Below are positions 15,324 to 25,902 of a stretch of 52,101 nucleotides of DNA, one piece after another (the first letter of the stretch is position 1; each line of letters starts with the position of its first letter). This DNA is from a virus (Duplodnaviria > Caudoviricetes): IMG/VR virus record IMGVR_UViG_3300014933_000056, positions 1 to 52,101 of that record; one strand, 5' to 3'. Both the position numbers and the translations under genes were made by a program. The notes below the pieces were generated by a model. That model worked only from the letters and a program-made list of their open reading frames with translations. It made no database searches and was not told where the DNA came from.

Positions 15324-17219
15324 TTACCTTTTTGAAACTGGCAATTTAGCATCGTTATATGCCCTTACAATTTTAGAAAACTCAGTATCTATATCTTTTA
15401 AATACTTAGAGTTTAAAAATATGTCTGCATATGGCGTAATACTATTGTTCACATCATGATATTTTGTCTTCTCTTCATTGATACGATCAAAATACTTTTT
15501 GTCATGATCTAACCTTGCTCGATCTTGAAGCAATAGTTTGTAAGCAACATCTGCTTGTTGATCCAAATGCGCGGAAGTTTTTAACGCTTGCAAAACTTCA
15601 TTTTGAGCACCCTTTAAAGGAACTCCTGTAAGTTTTACATTGTCAAAAGCAATTCGTATTAAGTACGAAGCCATTTCATCAGCAAACTCTTTCGCTTCTT
15701 TAGGCAAACCAGCTTTTAAAAACTCATCGACAGGAAAACGAACACCTGCACTAATACCTGCCGCGCTACCTGAAAACCCTTGATTCAAAGCATTTAAAAG
15801 TGGTTCGCTGTTTTGCATTAGAGCAAACACTTTCTTAGACATGTCAGGATTTTTTTCCATCATGTCAATGGCTCGATCATATCTATTATGAGTATGGGTA
15901 AATTCAGACCCTTTCATAATAGGCGCCCAGCTTTGAATTTTAGCTACATAAGGAGCTTCAGTCTCTTGTGCACGTTTTTGATAAGACTCCATAGCTGCTC
16001 TACGGTCTGCTTCTGGAAGACCTGCAATATCAGGTTTTCTTTCCGTAGGAGGATAAAACTTTACTTCTTCTTCAACTTTTTGAACTGGCTTACGTTCCCA
16101 ATGATTTTTATCACGTTCTTTAGCCCATTCAGGCTGAGTCCATCCGTTTTCTTTAAGAATCTTTCTGTGTTCATCGGTTAACCGACGCGAATCAACATCA
16201 ATAGCCTCGCCAGTAAAATGCTTGCTAGTGGTGCCAACTGGATTACCTTCTCTTGTAAAGTTAGGATTATTTGGGTCGCGCAAAGCTTCTTGTTCTTTTG
16301 GTGTTCGGACATTGCTAATGACAGGAACGCCCTGCTCATGAAGCTTATAAACATCATCATTGACACGAGCACCATTCGGCAATAAACGAGACTCTCCAGC
16401 TTTTTCACTGGTAGGACGATCTGATTTATTCATATCATCTTTAAGCTCAAGCGCATCTTTAGGAACAGGATACATTTCGTCAGAGCTAGGCACGTTTTGT
16501 TTATTTCCGTCGCTCTCACTAACAAAATTATCAATTGTTTTAGGAAGAACATTTCTTTGCTGTTCATTTGTTACAGGTGGCCTTGGATTGCGCTGATCAG
16601 GGCCTTCAGCACCCGTCATAGGCTCTTGAACATGGAATGCTTCACCTTCCATACGAGCTAAATATTCCTTATCAGCCTGAGTTAAAGCAATTCCTGCAGC
16701 TTGTTTTGCATTAATTCTTTGAATAGCATTTTGTTGATTTGCCTGAGCGGTAGCTATTTCATCTTTAATAGCCTTACCAAGAGAAAGCCCCGGAGCCTCT
16801 GCTTCCAATTCCCTAAGCAAAGCAGCAGGAGGTGTTTGCCCCGGATGCGCTTTAGCCCATTCTCTAAACTTGTCGTTAGCTTTTTTATGTGCGCCTAAAA
16901 TTGCACCCTGCTGCATTAACTCTAGTCTCATTTGAGCTATAGGTAATTGGGCAGCACGACGCTGCTCTTCGTTCTCGCCTAAAGCTTCCATGGCACTGCC
17001 CAAAGAAGCCGTAAATCCGCCTAGCTGTGGCTTGGCAAACCCTGCAGCTACCTTAAACCAATTAGGTTGATCGTATCGTTTTCTGAGGGCTTCTACCGCA
17101 GCTAATTGAGCATTATTAAGCTCTGCCATACGCTCATCGTCTTGACCGTATAAAGGAAATTTTGTTGGGTCTACGGCGACGCTAAAACCAGACAAGCCTC
17201 CGCTTGGTTTATCTGACAT
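15324..17219 (-). CDS. putative ejection protein with M15-like peptidase domain
   Basis: ISNVRT..EQ..L...SKHFTGEAIDV...HWE zinc peptidase pattern. Confidence 0.65.
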   Translation of the reverse strand: MSDKPSGGLSGFSVAVDPTKFPLYGQDDERMAELNNAQLAAVEALRKRYDQPNWFKVAAGFAKPQLGGFTASLGSAMEALGENEEQRRAAQLPIAQMRLELMQQGAILGAHKKANDKFREWAKAHPGQTPPAALLRELEAEAPGLSLGKAIKDEIATAQANQQNAIQRINAKQAAGIALTQADKEYLARMEGEAFHVQEPMTGAEGPDQRNPRPPVTNEQQRNVLPKTIDNFVSESDGNKQNVPSSDEMYPVPKDALELKDDMNKSDRPTSEKAGESRLLPNGARVNDDVYKLHEQGVPVISNVRTPKEQEALRDPNNPNFTREGNPVGTTSKHFTGEAIDVDSRRLTDEHRKILKENGWTQPEWAKERDKNHWERKPVQKVEEEVKFYPPTERKPDIAGLPEADRRAAMESYQKRAQETEAPYVAKIQSWAPIMKGSEFTHTHNRYDRAIDMMEKNPDMSKKVFALMQNSEPLLNALNQGFSGSAAGISAGVRFPVDEFLKAGLPKEAKEFADEMASYLIRIAFDNVKLTGVPLKGAQNEVLQALKTSAHLDQQADVAYKLLLQDRARLDHDKKYFDRINEEKTKYHDVNNSITPYADIFLNSKYLKDIDTEFSKIVRAYNDAKLPVSKR

Positions 17220-17221
17220 TC

Positions 17222-18250
17222 TTATCTCCCTTGTGGCAAGGCGCCATGGTTACTAAGCGAAGCGCAGCCAACTGCATTCCCATAATCGTCTGAAGCAATC
17301 AAACCGCCTGATGCCAAATTTCCGAAGTTTTTAATTGCTTTGATGCCTTTGCACAAATTTGTAAGAGCGCAAGCACCTTTATTTACAACCCCCATAATTC
17401 CTGAACCAACCGTTGCTGCAGCAGACAACGGAGACATGCACATAGTCGTCTTTACGCTTGTAGGCACTTGATTCTTACCCAGCATGGTTGCGTACTTACA
17501 CATCTTAGACAGGGCGTAGCACTGCTCATTCTGCTTAATGGTCTGGCATTCAGCACCCATCTTTGCCAACTCTTCTGTACATTGAATATTGGTGCAAGAA
17601 ATTGTTTTGCCCAAGTTGGTCAGATTAGCTCCAGCTACATTCTTAGCACCAGCGCATTGAGATGCAGCACTCGCAGCAGTTTGACCCATCTGATTCAATA
17701 AATTCTGTCTTGCCGTCGCAGCCTGTAAAGCACTACCGTAGCCAGAGTTTTCCATGTTAGCTATCTGACTGTTCAAATCGTTCATGGCGTTAGCCTGCAC
17801 TTGACCTAAGACCTGAGCGCCACGCTGTGAACCAAACTGACCAGAACCTACAGCCGCAGCCGTAGCTTGTGGTGTCAAATTTTGCTGAATGTTACGCATG
17901 CCGATGTTTGACATGCCCTGTACAGCATTCTGCAGGTAAGGACTCATGTAGCACTGAGCTAGCTGAGCTGGATTGCTACACATTGCTTCGTTCAAATAAG
18001 GATTGGCTGCATTGGCTATATTGACGTCAGCAGCCTGACCTATGACATTTCCACTCTCGTCCAATGTAGGTTTGGCAGCTCCAGCATTTGCAGCGGCATT
18101 ACCAAATGCCTGCTGTTGCAAAGGAGTAGCGCCAATAAACTTGCCATTCATTGCGTCCTTGCCACAATTAGCAATCGTAGATAACGCCGATTTATAATAA
18201 TCTGGCGCTACGGTTTCTACATTCTGTGATGACTGAAGCATATTAGCCAT
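17222..18250 (-). CDS. putative DNA pilot/ejection protein, unusually Cys-rich
   Basis: Q/A/N-rich; YMSPY...AVGSGQFGSQRG pattern; 13 Cys. Confidence 0.6.
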   Translation of the reverse strand: MANMLQSSQNVETVAPDYYKSALSTIANCGKDAMNGKFIGATPLQQQAFGNAAANAGAAKPTLDESGNVIGQAADVNIANAANPYLNEAMCSNPAQLAQCYMSPYLQNAVQGMSNIGMRNIQQNLTPQATAAAVGSGQFGSQRGAQVLGQVQANAMNDLNSQIANMENSGYGSALQAATARQNLLNQMGQTAASAASQCAGAKNVAGANLTNLGKTISCTNIQCTEELAKMGAECQTIKQNEQCYALSKMCKYATMLGKNQVPTSVKTTMCMSPLSAAATVGSGIMGVVNKGACALTNLCKGIKAIKNFGNLASGGLIASDDYGNAVGCASLSNHGALPQGR

Positions 18251-20175
18251 TATTTACTCCCCGTCTTTATGTATTGAATTGGGTCTTTTGCCTTGGGTGG
18301 AATCTTATCCAGAGGTGCGCCACGCTTATGCGCTCTCAGCTTAGTCCGTAATCCATCAAGGATCTCTGCACCACGCTTATTATCCCCGCCACCAAGGGCT
18401 GTGACAAATGCTTCAGGGAAGACGTATTCACCGTCAGCAATCTTAGCTGGAACGGGGTTACTACCGCCTTCCTTCTTGTGAGGAATCTTTTCGCGGAATC
18501 CTTCTAAAACTTCTCTACCAGCCTTGCTAGAACCATCTCCAAGGGCTGATACCGTCTCAGCATCCATAACGTAGTCGCCATCGTGCAACATAGCTGGAAT
18601 GTCGTCTGACTGCCCTGTACCGGCGCCGCAAGCATAGTAACCTGTCATACCGGTAATAAACTCAGGCTTATGACCCTTAGGGGCGGCAGCAGCGTATTTG
18701 TGCGGCAAGCCTCCTGTCGCTAAAGGATTTATTCGTGTTTGCCTAAGAGGTTTTAACTTATGGCTTTCCATGCTTTTGCCTGAAAATAAAAAATTAGGCT
18801 TGCTGCACTTAACAAATTTTGGAGCAGTAAGTTTTTCCCAACAAGTAGTATTGTTTTTGCAATATATATTGTTCAACTCTTTGATTGAACTTTCTAAATT
18901 GCCTTGATTATTTTTCTCTGTAGTCACACTACCGGCCTCACTGTAAGCTAACCCGCCAGAATGCATGGCTTGTTGTTGCACTGGTTGATCTTGAACTAAC
19001 GGTGTTTCATTATCTAATGATTGGACTTCTTTTTCTGCGGCATCATTAACCGTTTTTAATCCTGCCGATTTGCCAGATAGTTTTCTTGTGTTTAAAAATG
19101 TCGGAGTTCCATTTAAAAACCCTGTAAGTCCACTGCCAGCTCCAGAACAAGGTGCTGCACCTGTACATGTTTGATTACCACCAAATAAATCTTTACCTGC
19201 CTTATATAAATTTTTTGCTTTTGTTAAAAGACTTGAACAGCCTTGAAAACCAGCACACTGGTTACCTATCTGTGCTGGGCCTTCTGGATCAATCTGATAT
19301 CCGGGCGCATTAGGATTGTTAGGCAACCCTGTTTGCCAATCTATAGATGGGCTTAAACCACTAGCTATTGCTGATGTATTGCCAATAACATTGCCAAACA
19401 TATCAAGCGTTTCGCCAGCCATGGTGCCAGTGCCGCCAGCAATAACGCCGGGCAAGCCACCCACTAATTCACCGCCAACACCTTCAGCAACCGCCGCGCC
19501 TGCACCGCTACCAAATAAACCGCCAGCCCCACCAAGGATGCCGCCAACAGCAGGCGCCAGCATAAGGAATGGCGCCAAGCAACCCATGATGCCGGGGTCG
19601 TTAGCGTATCTGGTAGCCTTAAAATACTGAACATCTGGCTTACCAGTTTGTTCGTTATTTACAGGTACAAGGTTACCGCTTCCATCAGCTTTGTACATAA
19701 CGGTTGCATGAAGGGCTTGATCACCTCGCTTAGCACCCTCAACAGCGTTAGTTACCGAATATAAGTCTTTTGCTTGAGTGTTAATCGCGTTGTAAAGCTT
19801 GGTCTTGTCTAAGACATTTTGCTTTCCACCCATACCAACTTGTTGTTGGTGGTAATACGGAGATGGATCAATGCCTGCAGCCTTAGCCGCATTAACAAAG
19901 TCTTGGTCACTAGCAGCTTTCCCTGCTGTTGTTTTATAGCCGATGCTACCCATACCTTCGGGCGCAGTCACAAGGCCATAAACACCTGCACCATTTAATA
20001 CCCTAACCGCATCAGATTTTTGACCCCAACCTGCGTTATAAATTTGATCGCGGATATCGGAATTGTTGGCGGTTAATTCATTGGTGCGTTTATCCTTGAA
20101 CTGCTTATCAATAATCGATTGATTAAGCGTAGGAAGCCCATTGGCGAAAAACTGAGGTGTAGAAGAATCTGCCAT
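18250..20175 (-). CDS. putative internal virion protein
   Basis: Gly-rich hydrophobic middle; two C-terminal repeats G.G.GQSDDIPAMLHDGDYV and VPAKIADGEYV. Confidence 0.6.
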   Translation of the reverse strand: MADSSTPQFFANGLPTLNQSIIDKQFKDKRTNELTANNSDIRDQIYNAGWGQKSDAVRVLNGAGVYGLVTAPEGMGSIGYKTTAGKAASDQDFVNAAKAAGIDPSPYYHQQQVGMGGKQNVLDKTKLYNAINTQAKDLYSVTNAVEGAKRGDQALHATVMYKADGSGNLVPVNNEQTGKPDVQYFKATRYANDPGIMGCLAPFLMLAPAVGGILGGAGGLFGSGAGAAVAEGVGGELVGGLPGVIAGGTGTMAGETLDMFGNVIGNTSAIASGLSPSIDWQTGLPNNPNAPGYQIDPEGPAQIGNQCAGFQGCSSLLTKAKNLYKAGKDLFGGNQTCTGAAPCSGAGSGLTGFLNGTPTFLNTRKLSGKSAGLKTVNDAAEKEVQSLDNETPLVQDQPVQQQAMHSGGLAYSEAGSVTTEKNNQGNLESSIKELNNIYCKNNTTCWEKLTAPKFVKCSKPNFLFSGKSMESHKLKPLRQTRINPLATGGLPHKYAAAAPKGHKPEFITGMTGYYACGAGTGQSDDIPAMLHDGDYVMDAETVSALGDGSSKAGREVLEGFREKIPHKKEGGSNPVPAKIADGEYVFPEAFVTALGGGDNKRGAEILDGLRTKLRAHKRGAPLDKIPPKAKDPIQYIKTGSK

Positions 20176-20185
20176 GATGTACTCT

Positions 20186-20425
20186 TTATAAAACCGGTTG
20201 TATGCTCATTGAGCCTGCAACTGCTTTAGCCCAATCCTGCCAATTTTCATACGGCCTATGATCAGGCAATCCAGACTGAACAAAGTAGCCGATACCATTC
20301 AAACCATCGACCCACTCTCTCCAGTTCTCTTCAGGCACCGTACCCAACTGATTGCTACCAAATAGCTCAAACATGAGCCTACAGTATTGATCCCAATCCA
20401 TCCCACGAGGATCATACGCAATCAT
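20186..20425 (-). CDS. hypothetical Trp-rich protein
   Basis: DPRGM.W..Y, W.EW and WQDWA repeats. Confidence 0.7.
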   Translation of the reverse strand: MIAYDPRGMDWDQYCRLMFELFGSNQLGTVPEENWREWVDGLNGIGYFVQSGLPDHRPYENWQDWAKAVAGSMSIQPVL

Positions 20426-22890
20426 GGGTTACCTGTTCCGCGAACGTCGCCTGTCTCTATGTTCAACACTACGCGACCCATAAAATAATCGCCGTTAACT
20501 ACGTTGCTGCTAAATTTAAGCCTCATCTCACGACGCTGCTCTTTCATGTCTATCTTGAGGGTAGTAGGATCAAACGGATAAGGATCCGAAGATACGTCCG
20601 TATCATCAGCATAACCCTTACCGGTCACAACTAAATCCATGTGTTCATTCTGAATGAAGTCTGGCTCAACTCGATCAATACGTGTCCACAGGTTGTCACC
20701 CACGCCCTGAGTCGTTCCTACTAAGCCAGCGTTGGTTCCTAGAACATTAGTCTCAAACGATGAATTAATCGCGTTTACATTCGTCAAGTATGTCTGATTA
20801 ACGCCTGATTCATGAATCCACAAAGTATTGTCACCTGTCGAGTTTTTGACATTATCAGCCCAAATAGGCTTAGTGAACACATCAGAAAAGTAACCAGCAG
20901 AACGTCTTGCGCCTAATGCCTCGCCTGCGTCGTACCAGCACTTTTCTCGGACGTTGTAGATGATCGCATCATTGCACTCAGTCGATGTGCCCCGTGGGTA
21001 GAACCACCAAATCTCACCCCATCTTGGAACTTTACTTGCCCATACTTTTTGACGCTGAGCTAGGTTAATCCCGTCAAAGAACCAGTTAAGGTTTTGGACG
21101 TTAGGCACCTCTTGAACCACGCCGTTATACATCAAGAATCGGTCAACGCCGATCCAGTAGAAAATGCCGTCGTACTCAATGACGCATGAGCTAGACAGGA
21201 TAGAAGACTGAGAGCTAATTAAATCGTAGCGCCAGTACAGCGTAGAGTTACCCACGCTCTGAGGCGCATAGGTGACTCGTATAACGCTGTCAAGGCTCCA
21301 GAACAGGCCTGATGGGCTTGTAGTACCACCACGCAATGGCATGCCCTTGACAACCTTATTTGCAGCCACGTTGTTTTCGTTGGCGTCAGCCGATGTCCAA
21401 TTGTTGAAGTCGCCTGCAGCGCAGTTTTTAATCAGACCATAATCCCCATACACGAATAGATATGGGTACAGCATAACTACGCCGCCAGAGATGCTGACAT
21501 TGTTATCAAAGGTCAGAGTATATGAGCCAGTAGATGTAGCTGCATTGCTTAAAGTGGCAGTCCATAGATTTGACGTTATGACCGCTAATGATGAAATTGT
21601 TCCAGTAAAACCAGAACCACCAGCAAGGCTTGGCAAGGTAAACGTATCTTGATAAAGATACCCAGCGCCAAGAGCCGTAACTGTCACCGAGCTTACAGAA
21701 CCGCTTGAAACCACTATTGTTGCCAAACCGCCAGAACCTACACCGCTGGCTCCTACGATTGGCACATTAGTGAACGTACCATTGGTATAAGCAGAACCCA
21801 CAGTATTAATCGCAACCGTACCAATCGTTCCGTACTGCTGCAGGTTAGACGAAACGACCGAAGTGTTCGCCGGTATCCCTGTCCCTGTTACCGTAACCCC
21901 TGCCCCAATAGCAATGTTGGTATTGGCAAACGTGACTAACGTAGAACCTGATGTCAATGTAGCTGTATCAGTAAACACACCTATAGCCGTTAATTCAGTT
22001 CCTGTAAATTCACCAATAAGAGGTCTTGTCTTTAATTGCGAATCGATTGAAGATAAATTAAGGCCGGGGTGGGCAATAAGATTATTGTTGCCTGTACCGT
22101 TGGCGTCGTAGCCAATGTCCATCTGCCATAAAGTATTTGCATTGCTACTGTAAGCAGTATTAGCGGTGATCGTGCCAATAAACGTGCCGTATGTAGGTGT
22201 CACCGATCCTGAGCCAGCTAAGGTACCTGTAGCCGACGCTACGAGCACATCCCCAGCCGTAGGAAGAGTGGTGACTGAGCTAAAGAATGCCTGCCACTCA
22301 GAAAGTATTGTGGTGCCCACCACGGTCACCGTATAGACAGTTCCCTCGCTAATAGACTGTGTCGCAGGCAATCCACCAATGTCTGCCGCTGGCACCACGA
22401 ATAAATCATTCGCTGAATAATTTGTACCTGCAGTGGTAATCGTGATGCTTGATACTTTGTTTGCAGAGACAACCACAGTCAGCAAGCCACCAGTTCCGTA
22501 ACCACTCTCAGTAACAATAGGAACGGATGTATACGTGCCGTTCGTGTAGCCCAAGCCTGATGCGGTGATGCTTACCGTTGATAGTGGCCCCAATATATAA
22601 ACCTGAGTTGGGCCAGTACCGATAGCTTGGTTGTTGTTGATCGTCCACTGCTGAACGCTGTCACTAAATCCTGAGATAACCCACGTCTGCCCGTTCTGCG
22701 AGTTAAGAATTACCCCGCGGCTAATACCCGGCGCATTTAAGAACGCACCGTTGTAACCGCCAATCTTTCTAGGCTTGCCGTACTGAAATCTGACCCATTC
22801 GCCGTCTATGTAGGACGAAGACGCAAAGAGAGTTCCATCCCTCTGTATCCCCGGCCCTACTTGTAGAACAGCAACTTTTTGGGTAGCCAT
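20422..22890 (-). CDS. tail nozzle / head-closure (stabilisation) protein with inserted beta domains
   Basis: PGIQRDGT...WVRF...PRKIGG N-terminus; EIWWFYP and YN..E..WY in the C-terminal half; position before ejection genes. Confidence 0.65.
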   Translation of the reverse strand: MATQKVAVLQVGPGIQRDGTLFASSSYIDGEWVRFQYGKPRKIGGYNGAFLNAPGISRGVILNSQNGQTWVISGFSDSVQQWTINNNQAIGTGPTQVYILGPLSTVSITASGLGYTNGTYTSVPIVTESGYGTGGLLTVVVSANKVSSITITTAGTNYSANDLFVVPAADIGGLPATQSISEGTVYTVTVVGTTILSEWQAFFSSVTTLPTAGDVLVASATGTLAGSGSVTPTYGTFIGTITANTAYSSNANTLWQMDIGYDANGTGNNNLIAHPGLNLSSIDSQLKTRPLIGEFTGTELTAIGVFTDTATLTSGSTLVTFANTNIAIGAGVTVTGTGIPANTSVVSSNLQQYGTIGTVAINTVGSAYTNGTFTNVPIVGASGVGSGGLATIVVSSGSVSSVTVTALGAGYLYQDTFTLPSLAGGSGFTGTISSLAVITSNLWTATLSNAATSTGSYTLTFDNNVSISGGVVMLYPYLFVYGDYGLIKNCAAGDFNNWTSADANENNVAANKVVKGMPLRGGTTSPSGLFWSLDSVIRVTYAPQSVGNSTLYWRYDLISSQSSILSSSCVIEYDGIFYWIGVDRFLMYNGVVQEVPNVQNLNWFFDGINLAQRQKVWASKVPRWGEIWWFYPRGTSTECNDAIIYNVREKCWYDAGEALGARRSAGYFSDVFTKPIWADNVKNSTGDNTLWIHESGVNQTYLTNVNAINSSFETNVLGTNAGLVGTTQGVGDNLWTRIDRVEPDFIQNEHMDLVVTGKGYADDTDVSSDPYPFDPTTLKIDMKEQRREMRLKFSSNVVNGDYFMGRVVLNIETGDVRGTGNP

Positions 22891-24200
22891 TAAAACGTCC
22901 CGCCTTGTATACCTACAGTCAGAAGTAAACCTACCGAGCTAAGCGATCCTACTGATTGACCTGAAACAGCAAAGTTGATGCTTCCAGAGCCTGATGAATA
23001 TAAACCTGTCGTAATGTCAGCAAACGTCAACGAAGGCGCCGCCGCTGATCCGTTGGCTAATTGCAGTGACGTAATCGAGCTTAACGTACCTGAGCTTGCG
23101 TTATATAGGTCTGTACCATCACTAATGATGATCAATGCCTGATTAGCAGGGATCGCAATCGTAGTGCCTAAAGCAGCCGTTCCAGAGGTATTCGTGACAC
23201 CAAAGGTCAGCGTGTAACCGCCTGTAGTCAGGTTCCTGATAGAGTAAATCTGAACCGTCTGTGGCAGCAAAACCAATAAGTTTGCCGATAACGTGCCGGT
23301 AAACTCTTGAATCACGTTCTTCGCAAACGCCGCTGACATCTGATAAGGAGATGTAAGCGCAGGCGAGTTTACGTTAACGATTAACTGCGTGTAGTTAAAT
23401 ACATTGGTCTGAGCCAACGCATAGGTGTACCAATACGTACCGTCAGTGGTAAATATGCTGGAGTTGGCAATCTGAATCTGTACTGTTGACGATCCACCGG
23501 GAGTTGAGCCTCCGGGATTAGATGGGTCAATTAAATTTGTATATCCGGTACCAACTGCAGATACAGTCAAAATACCTGTGCCGTTATTTTTAAGAGCAAT
23601 AAACCAACCAGCACCAACACTAGCTGGGTCAGGCAAAATAACTGTACCTACACCACCACTCCACGAAAACAAATTTGCTCTATCGGTCACTAAAAACGTA
23701 TATGCACTTGAGAGAGTACGAACAGGCGTATTTTCAGCAAGAGTATTGTTGATCGCTATTAAACCGTTACCTGCAAGAGCACCAGCCGTAGCCGACGAAG
23801 TACCAATACCCATGGCAATGCTTGCCCACGTACCATTGACGGTGCTGTTATTGGTTAGGTAGATGTAATAGGTATTGGAGTTTGCACCCGAAGACGATAT
23901 CGGGATGTTGACAATGACAGTTCCAGAGTTATCCGTTACGTTGAATGCAAACTGACCACTTCCACCTACGTTGCGAACGATGATTGCTTGACCTACAGAT
24001 ACCTGCGTTGCCGGTGGCATCAATAAATTTAAGCTGCCAGCAGTCGCAGTTACCTCAATGATGTTTGCCGCGACGTTGTTTGATGATGTGCCATTAATAG
24101 GCCAACTTAGTGTCGTGCTAGTGCTTATCGTCAGGCTTTCATACGCAACCTGCGATGGGCTAATTGTTTGGCCTGTGTATGGCGAAGTATAAGTTGTCAT
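22890..24200 (-). CDS. tail structural protein
   Basis: S/T/G-rich beta sequence; GSAAAPSLTF...TGLY motif. Confidence 0.65.
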   Translation of the reverse strand: MTTYTSPYTGQTISPSQVAYESLTISTSTTLSWPINGTSSNNVAANIIEVTATAGSLNLLMPPATQVSVGQAIIVRNVGGSGQFAFNVTDNSGTVIVNIPISSSGANSNTYYIYLTNNSTVNGTWASIAMGIGTSSATAGALAGNGLIAINNTLAENTPVRTLSSAYTFLVTDRANLFSWSGGVGTVILPDPASVGAGWFIALKNNGTGILTVSAVGTGYTNLIDPSNPGGSTPGGSSTVQIQIANSSIFTTDGTYWYTYALAQTNVFNYTQLIVNVNSPALTSPYQMSAAFAKNVIQEFTGTLSANLLVLLPQTVQIYSIRNLTTGGYTLTFGVTNTSGTAALGTTIAIPANQALIIISDGTDLYNASSGTLSSITSLQLANGSAAAPSLTFADITTGLYSSGSGSINFAVSGQSVGSLSSVGLLLTVGIQGGTF

Positions 24201-24205
24201 TTTGA

Positions 24206-24853
24206 TTATCCGTTATCCGCAACAACAGCCTGACGATCAGGAATCCTAGAGATATCCTCGTCTCTTAGAGACTTGATGGCTTCCATGTATTTCTGCTGAA
24301 AGATTTGCCGCTGATCATTTTTAAGGAAAGGCATCGCCTGCAATAGCGTGCCGTACAGCATGGCATTTGGCGCATTCTGTGTCAGCCAGTTCGTCTGATT
24401 GCTTGTGCTTAATGGCTCAATACGCTCGTAGTAAAGAACCTCAAATGTGTATGCCTGATCGGGAGTAGGCGATAGATACCACCAATCCCAGCTCGTATCG
24501 GAGTAATACAGAGGTGGGCCAGTAATTAAATTACTCTGAGAATAATTAATCAGGTACTCATACTTGCGAAGCAGTAGGGGATTCTTGTTGCCGCTGGCAT
24601 CCGTATAGTTGACCGAAACAGTCTTGCGCCACCGAGCTGGCTTAGGCAGGTTTGGGCTACCGGCATTCATAACCGACTCAGCAACCTGTAATTGCCCCAA
24701 GGTTTTGATCTCTTGAGCAATCTCAAATTCAGCTAATGTGATGAACGTAGGGATGGCATTGATCGTCGCCTGATCAGACCTCTCTAGATACTGAAGGACG
24801 TAATAGGTCAGACTGTCATAAGTCATCACCCACGATGGTATGTTTGTAGCCAT
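24206..24853 (-). CDS. putative head-tail adaptor protein
   Basis: IPTFI.LAE, P.PDQAY..E..YY, TNWLT..AP...LYG.L pattern. Confidence 0.6.
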   Translation of the reverse strand: MATNIPSWVMTYDSLTYYVLQYLERSDQATINAIPTFITLAEFEIAQEIKTLGQLQVAESVMNAGSPNLPKPARWRKTVSVNYTDASGNKNPLLLRKYEYLINYSQSNLITGPPLYYSDTSWDWWYLSPTPDQAYTFEVLYYERIEPLSTSNQTNWLTQNAPNAMLYGTLLQAMPFLKNDQRQIFQQKYMEAIKSLRDEDISRIPDRQAVVADNG

Positions 24854-24910
24854 TTTTTCCCCGTTAATTCGCCTATTTTCCCATCAGGTTGACAATCTCA
24901 CAAGGTCACT

Positions 24911-25390
24911 TTAATTGGATAAATATAAGGCTCTTTCGTCCTTTCGACGGTTTTCTAAGCCTTTTAAAACTTTACCCGCAGCCTTGCAATACTTCAAAAA
25001 CTCATCTGCTGCGCCTTCATAATCACCGCGATTATGGCGTTGTCTGAGTGTGCTGCGCTGTAAAGTTCCAAGCCCAACATTAAATGAGAAGCTGACAAGA
25101 GCGTCCAGCCAGCCTTGGCGAGAGCTAGCATTAGGACAATAGTTAAGAACTCCGCGCTCGAACCTTTCAAGGTCTTTAGCAAGAATGGCATTTACCTCTT
25201 CCATAGTAAAAGTTTTGTCCCAACCTTCTGGACAAGGCAAACCTACTCGATCTTCAATCTTCAGCTTGCCGTGATTAGGGTCTATTACATGCCCCACCCC
25301 AATCGTCCACAGCTTAGCTGGACATTGATACGGCTTTAGTCGCACACCTTCGTGGTGGGCGATCATTTTTAAAGCCTTTGCGCTGATCAT
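24911..25390 (-). CDS. GH24 lysozyme (endolysin)
   Basis: HEGVRLKPYQCPA..WTIGVGH; DALVSFSFNVG; GL..RR..E. Confidence 0.93.
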   Translation of the reverse strand: MISAKALKMIAHHEGVRLKPYQCPAKLWTIGVGHVIDPNHGKLKIEDRVGLPCPEGWDKTFTMEEVNAILAKDLERFERGVLNYCPNASSRQGWLDALVSFSFNVGLGTLQRSTLRQRHNRGDYEGAADEFLKYCKAAGKVLKGLENRRKDERALYLSN

Positions 25391-25902
25391 TTTCCAAATG
25401 CCCTGCCGCCAAAGTGGAACGCTATAATCGAAGCAAACAACGCCTGAGTCTCGTCATCCCATAGCTGGTCAGCTAAAGCGTTAAAGTCTGTACCGCTTGT
25501 CAGCCCTTTGTAAGCCAACACAACGTCAATGCCCACTAATAGGAAGAAGAACCCATAAGTAATTACTGGGCGAACTGAAGCGCGAAGGTCTTTCATCCAC
25601 TGTGATGTGCCCTCGTTTAGCGACATGTCGTGGGCGTAGATTGCTTGCATTTCAGACTGCTGTGCATCGATTAACGAGACTTTCTCCGCAGAAGCGGTTT
25701 GCGTCTTTATCTCATCTAGCTTAATTGCTTCGATCTGTTGTTGGGCTGCGTACCCTGCGGCGGCTAGTTGCAGTTCTCGTTCAGTTTGCATCTGAGCTAG
25801 TTTTAGCTCATGGGACTTATCTTGCCTATCTTGGAAAAAGTCGAGTATTTTGGGTAAGCCACCCATCAAAAACGACACCAATGTTGAGAAGATCGTAAGC
25901 AT
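25387..25902 (-). CDS. putative holin
   Basis: N-terminal hydrophobic segment, LRASVRPVITY plus TM, IIAFHFGGR; start MLTIF; adjacent to endolysin. Confidence 0.65.
   Translation of the reverse strand: MLTIFSTLVSFLMGGLPKILDFFQDRQDKSHELKLAQMQTERELQLAAAGYAAQQQIEAIKLDEIKTQTASAEKVSLIDAQQSEMQAIYAHDMSLNEGTSQWMKDLRASVRPVITYGFFFLLVGIDVVLAYKGLTSGTDFNALADQLWDDETQALFASIIAFHFGGRAFGK

Noticed and set aside
17222-20175. Codon reassignment as the cause of excess Cys
   Set aside because: Both Cys codons are used, Cys is normal in catalytic motifs elsewhere, and all three stop codons terminate genes
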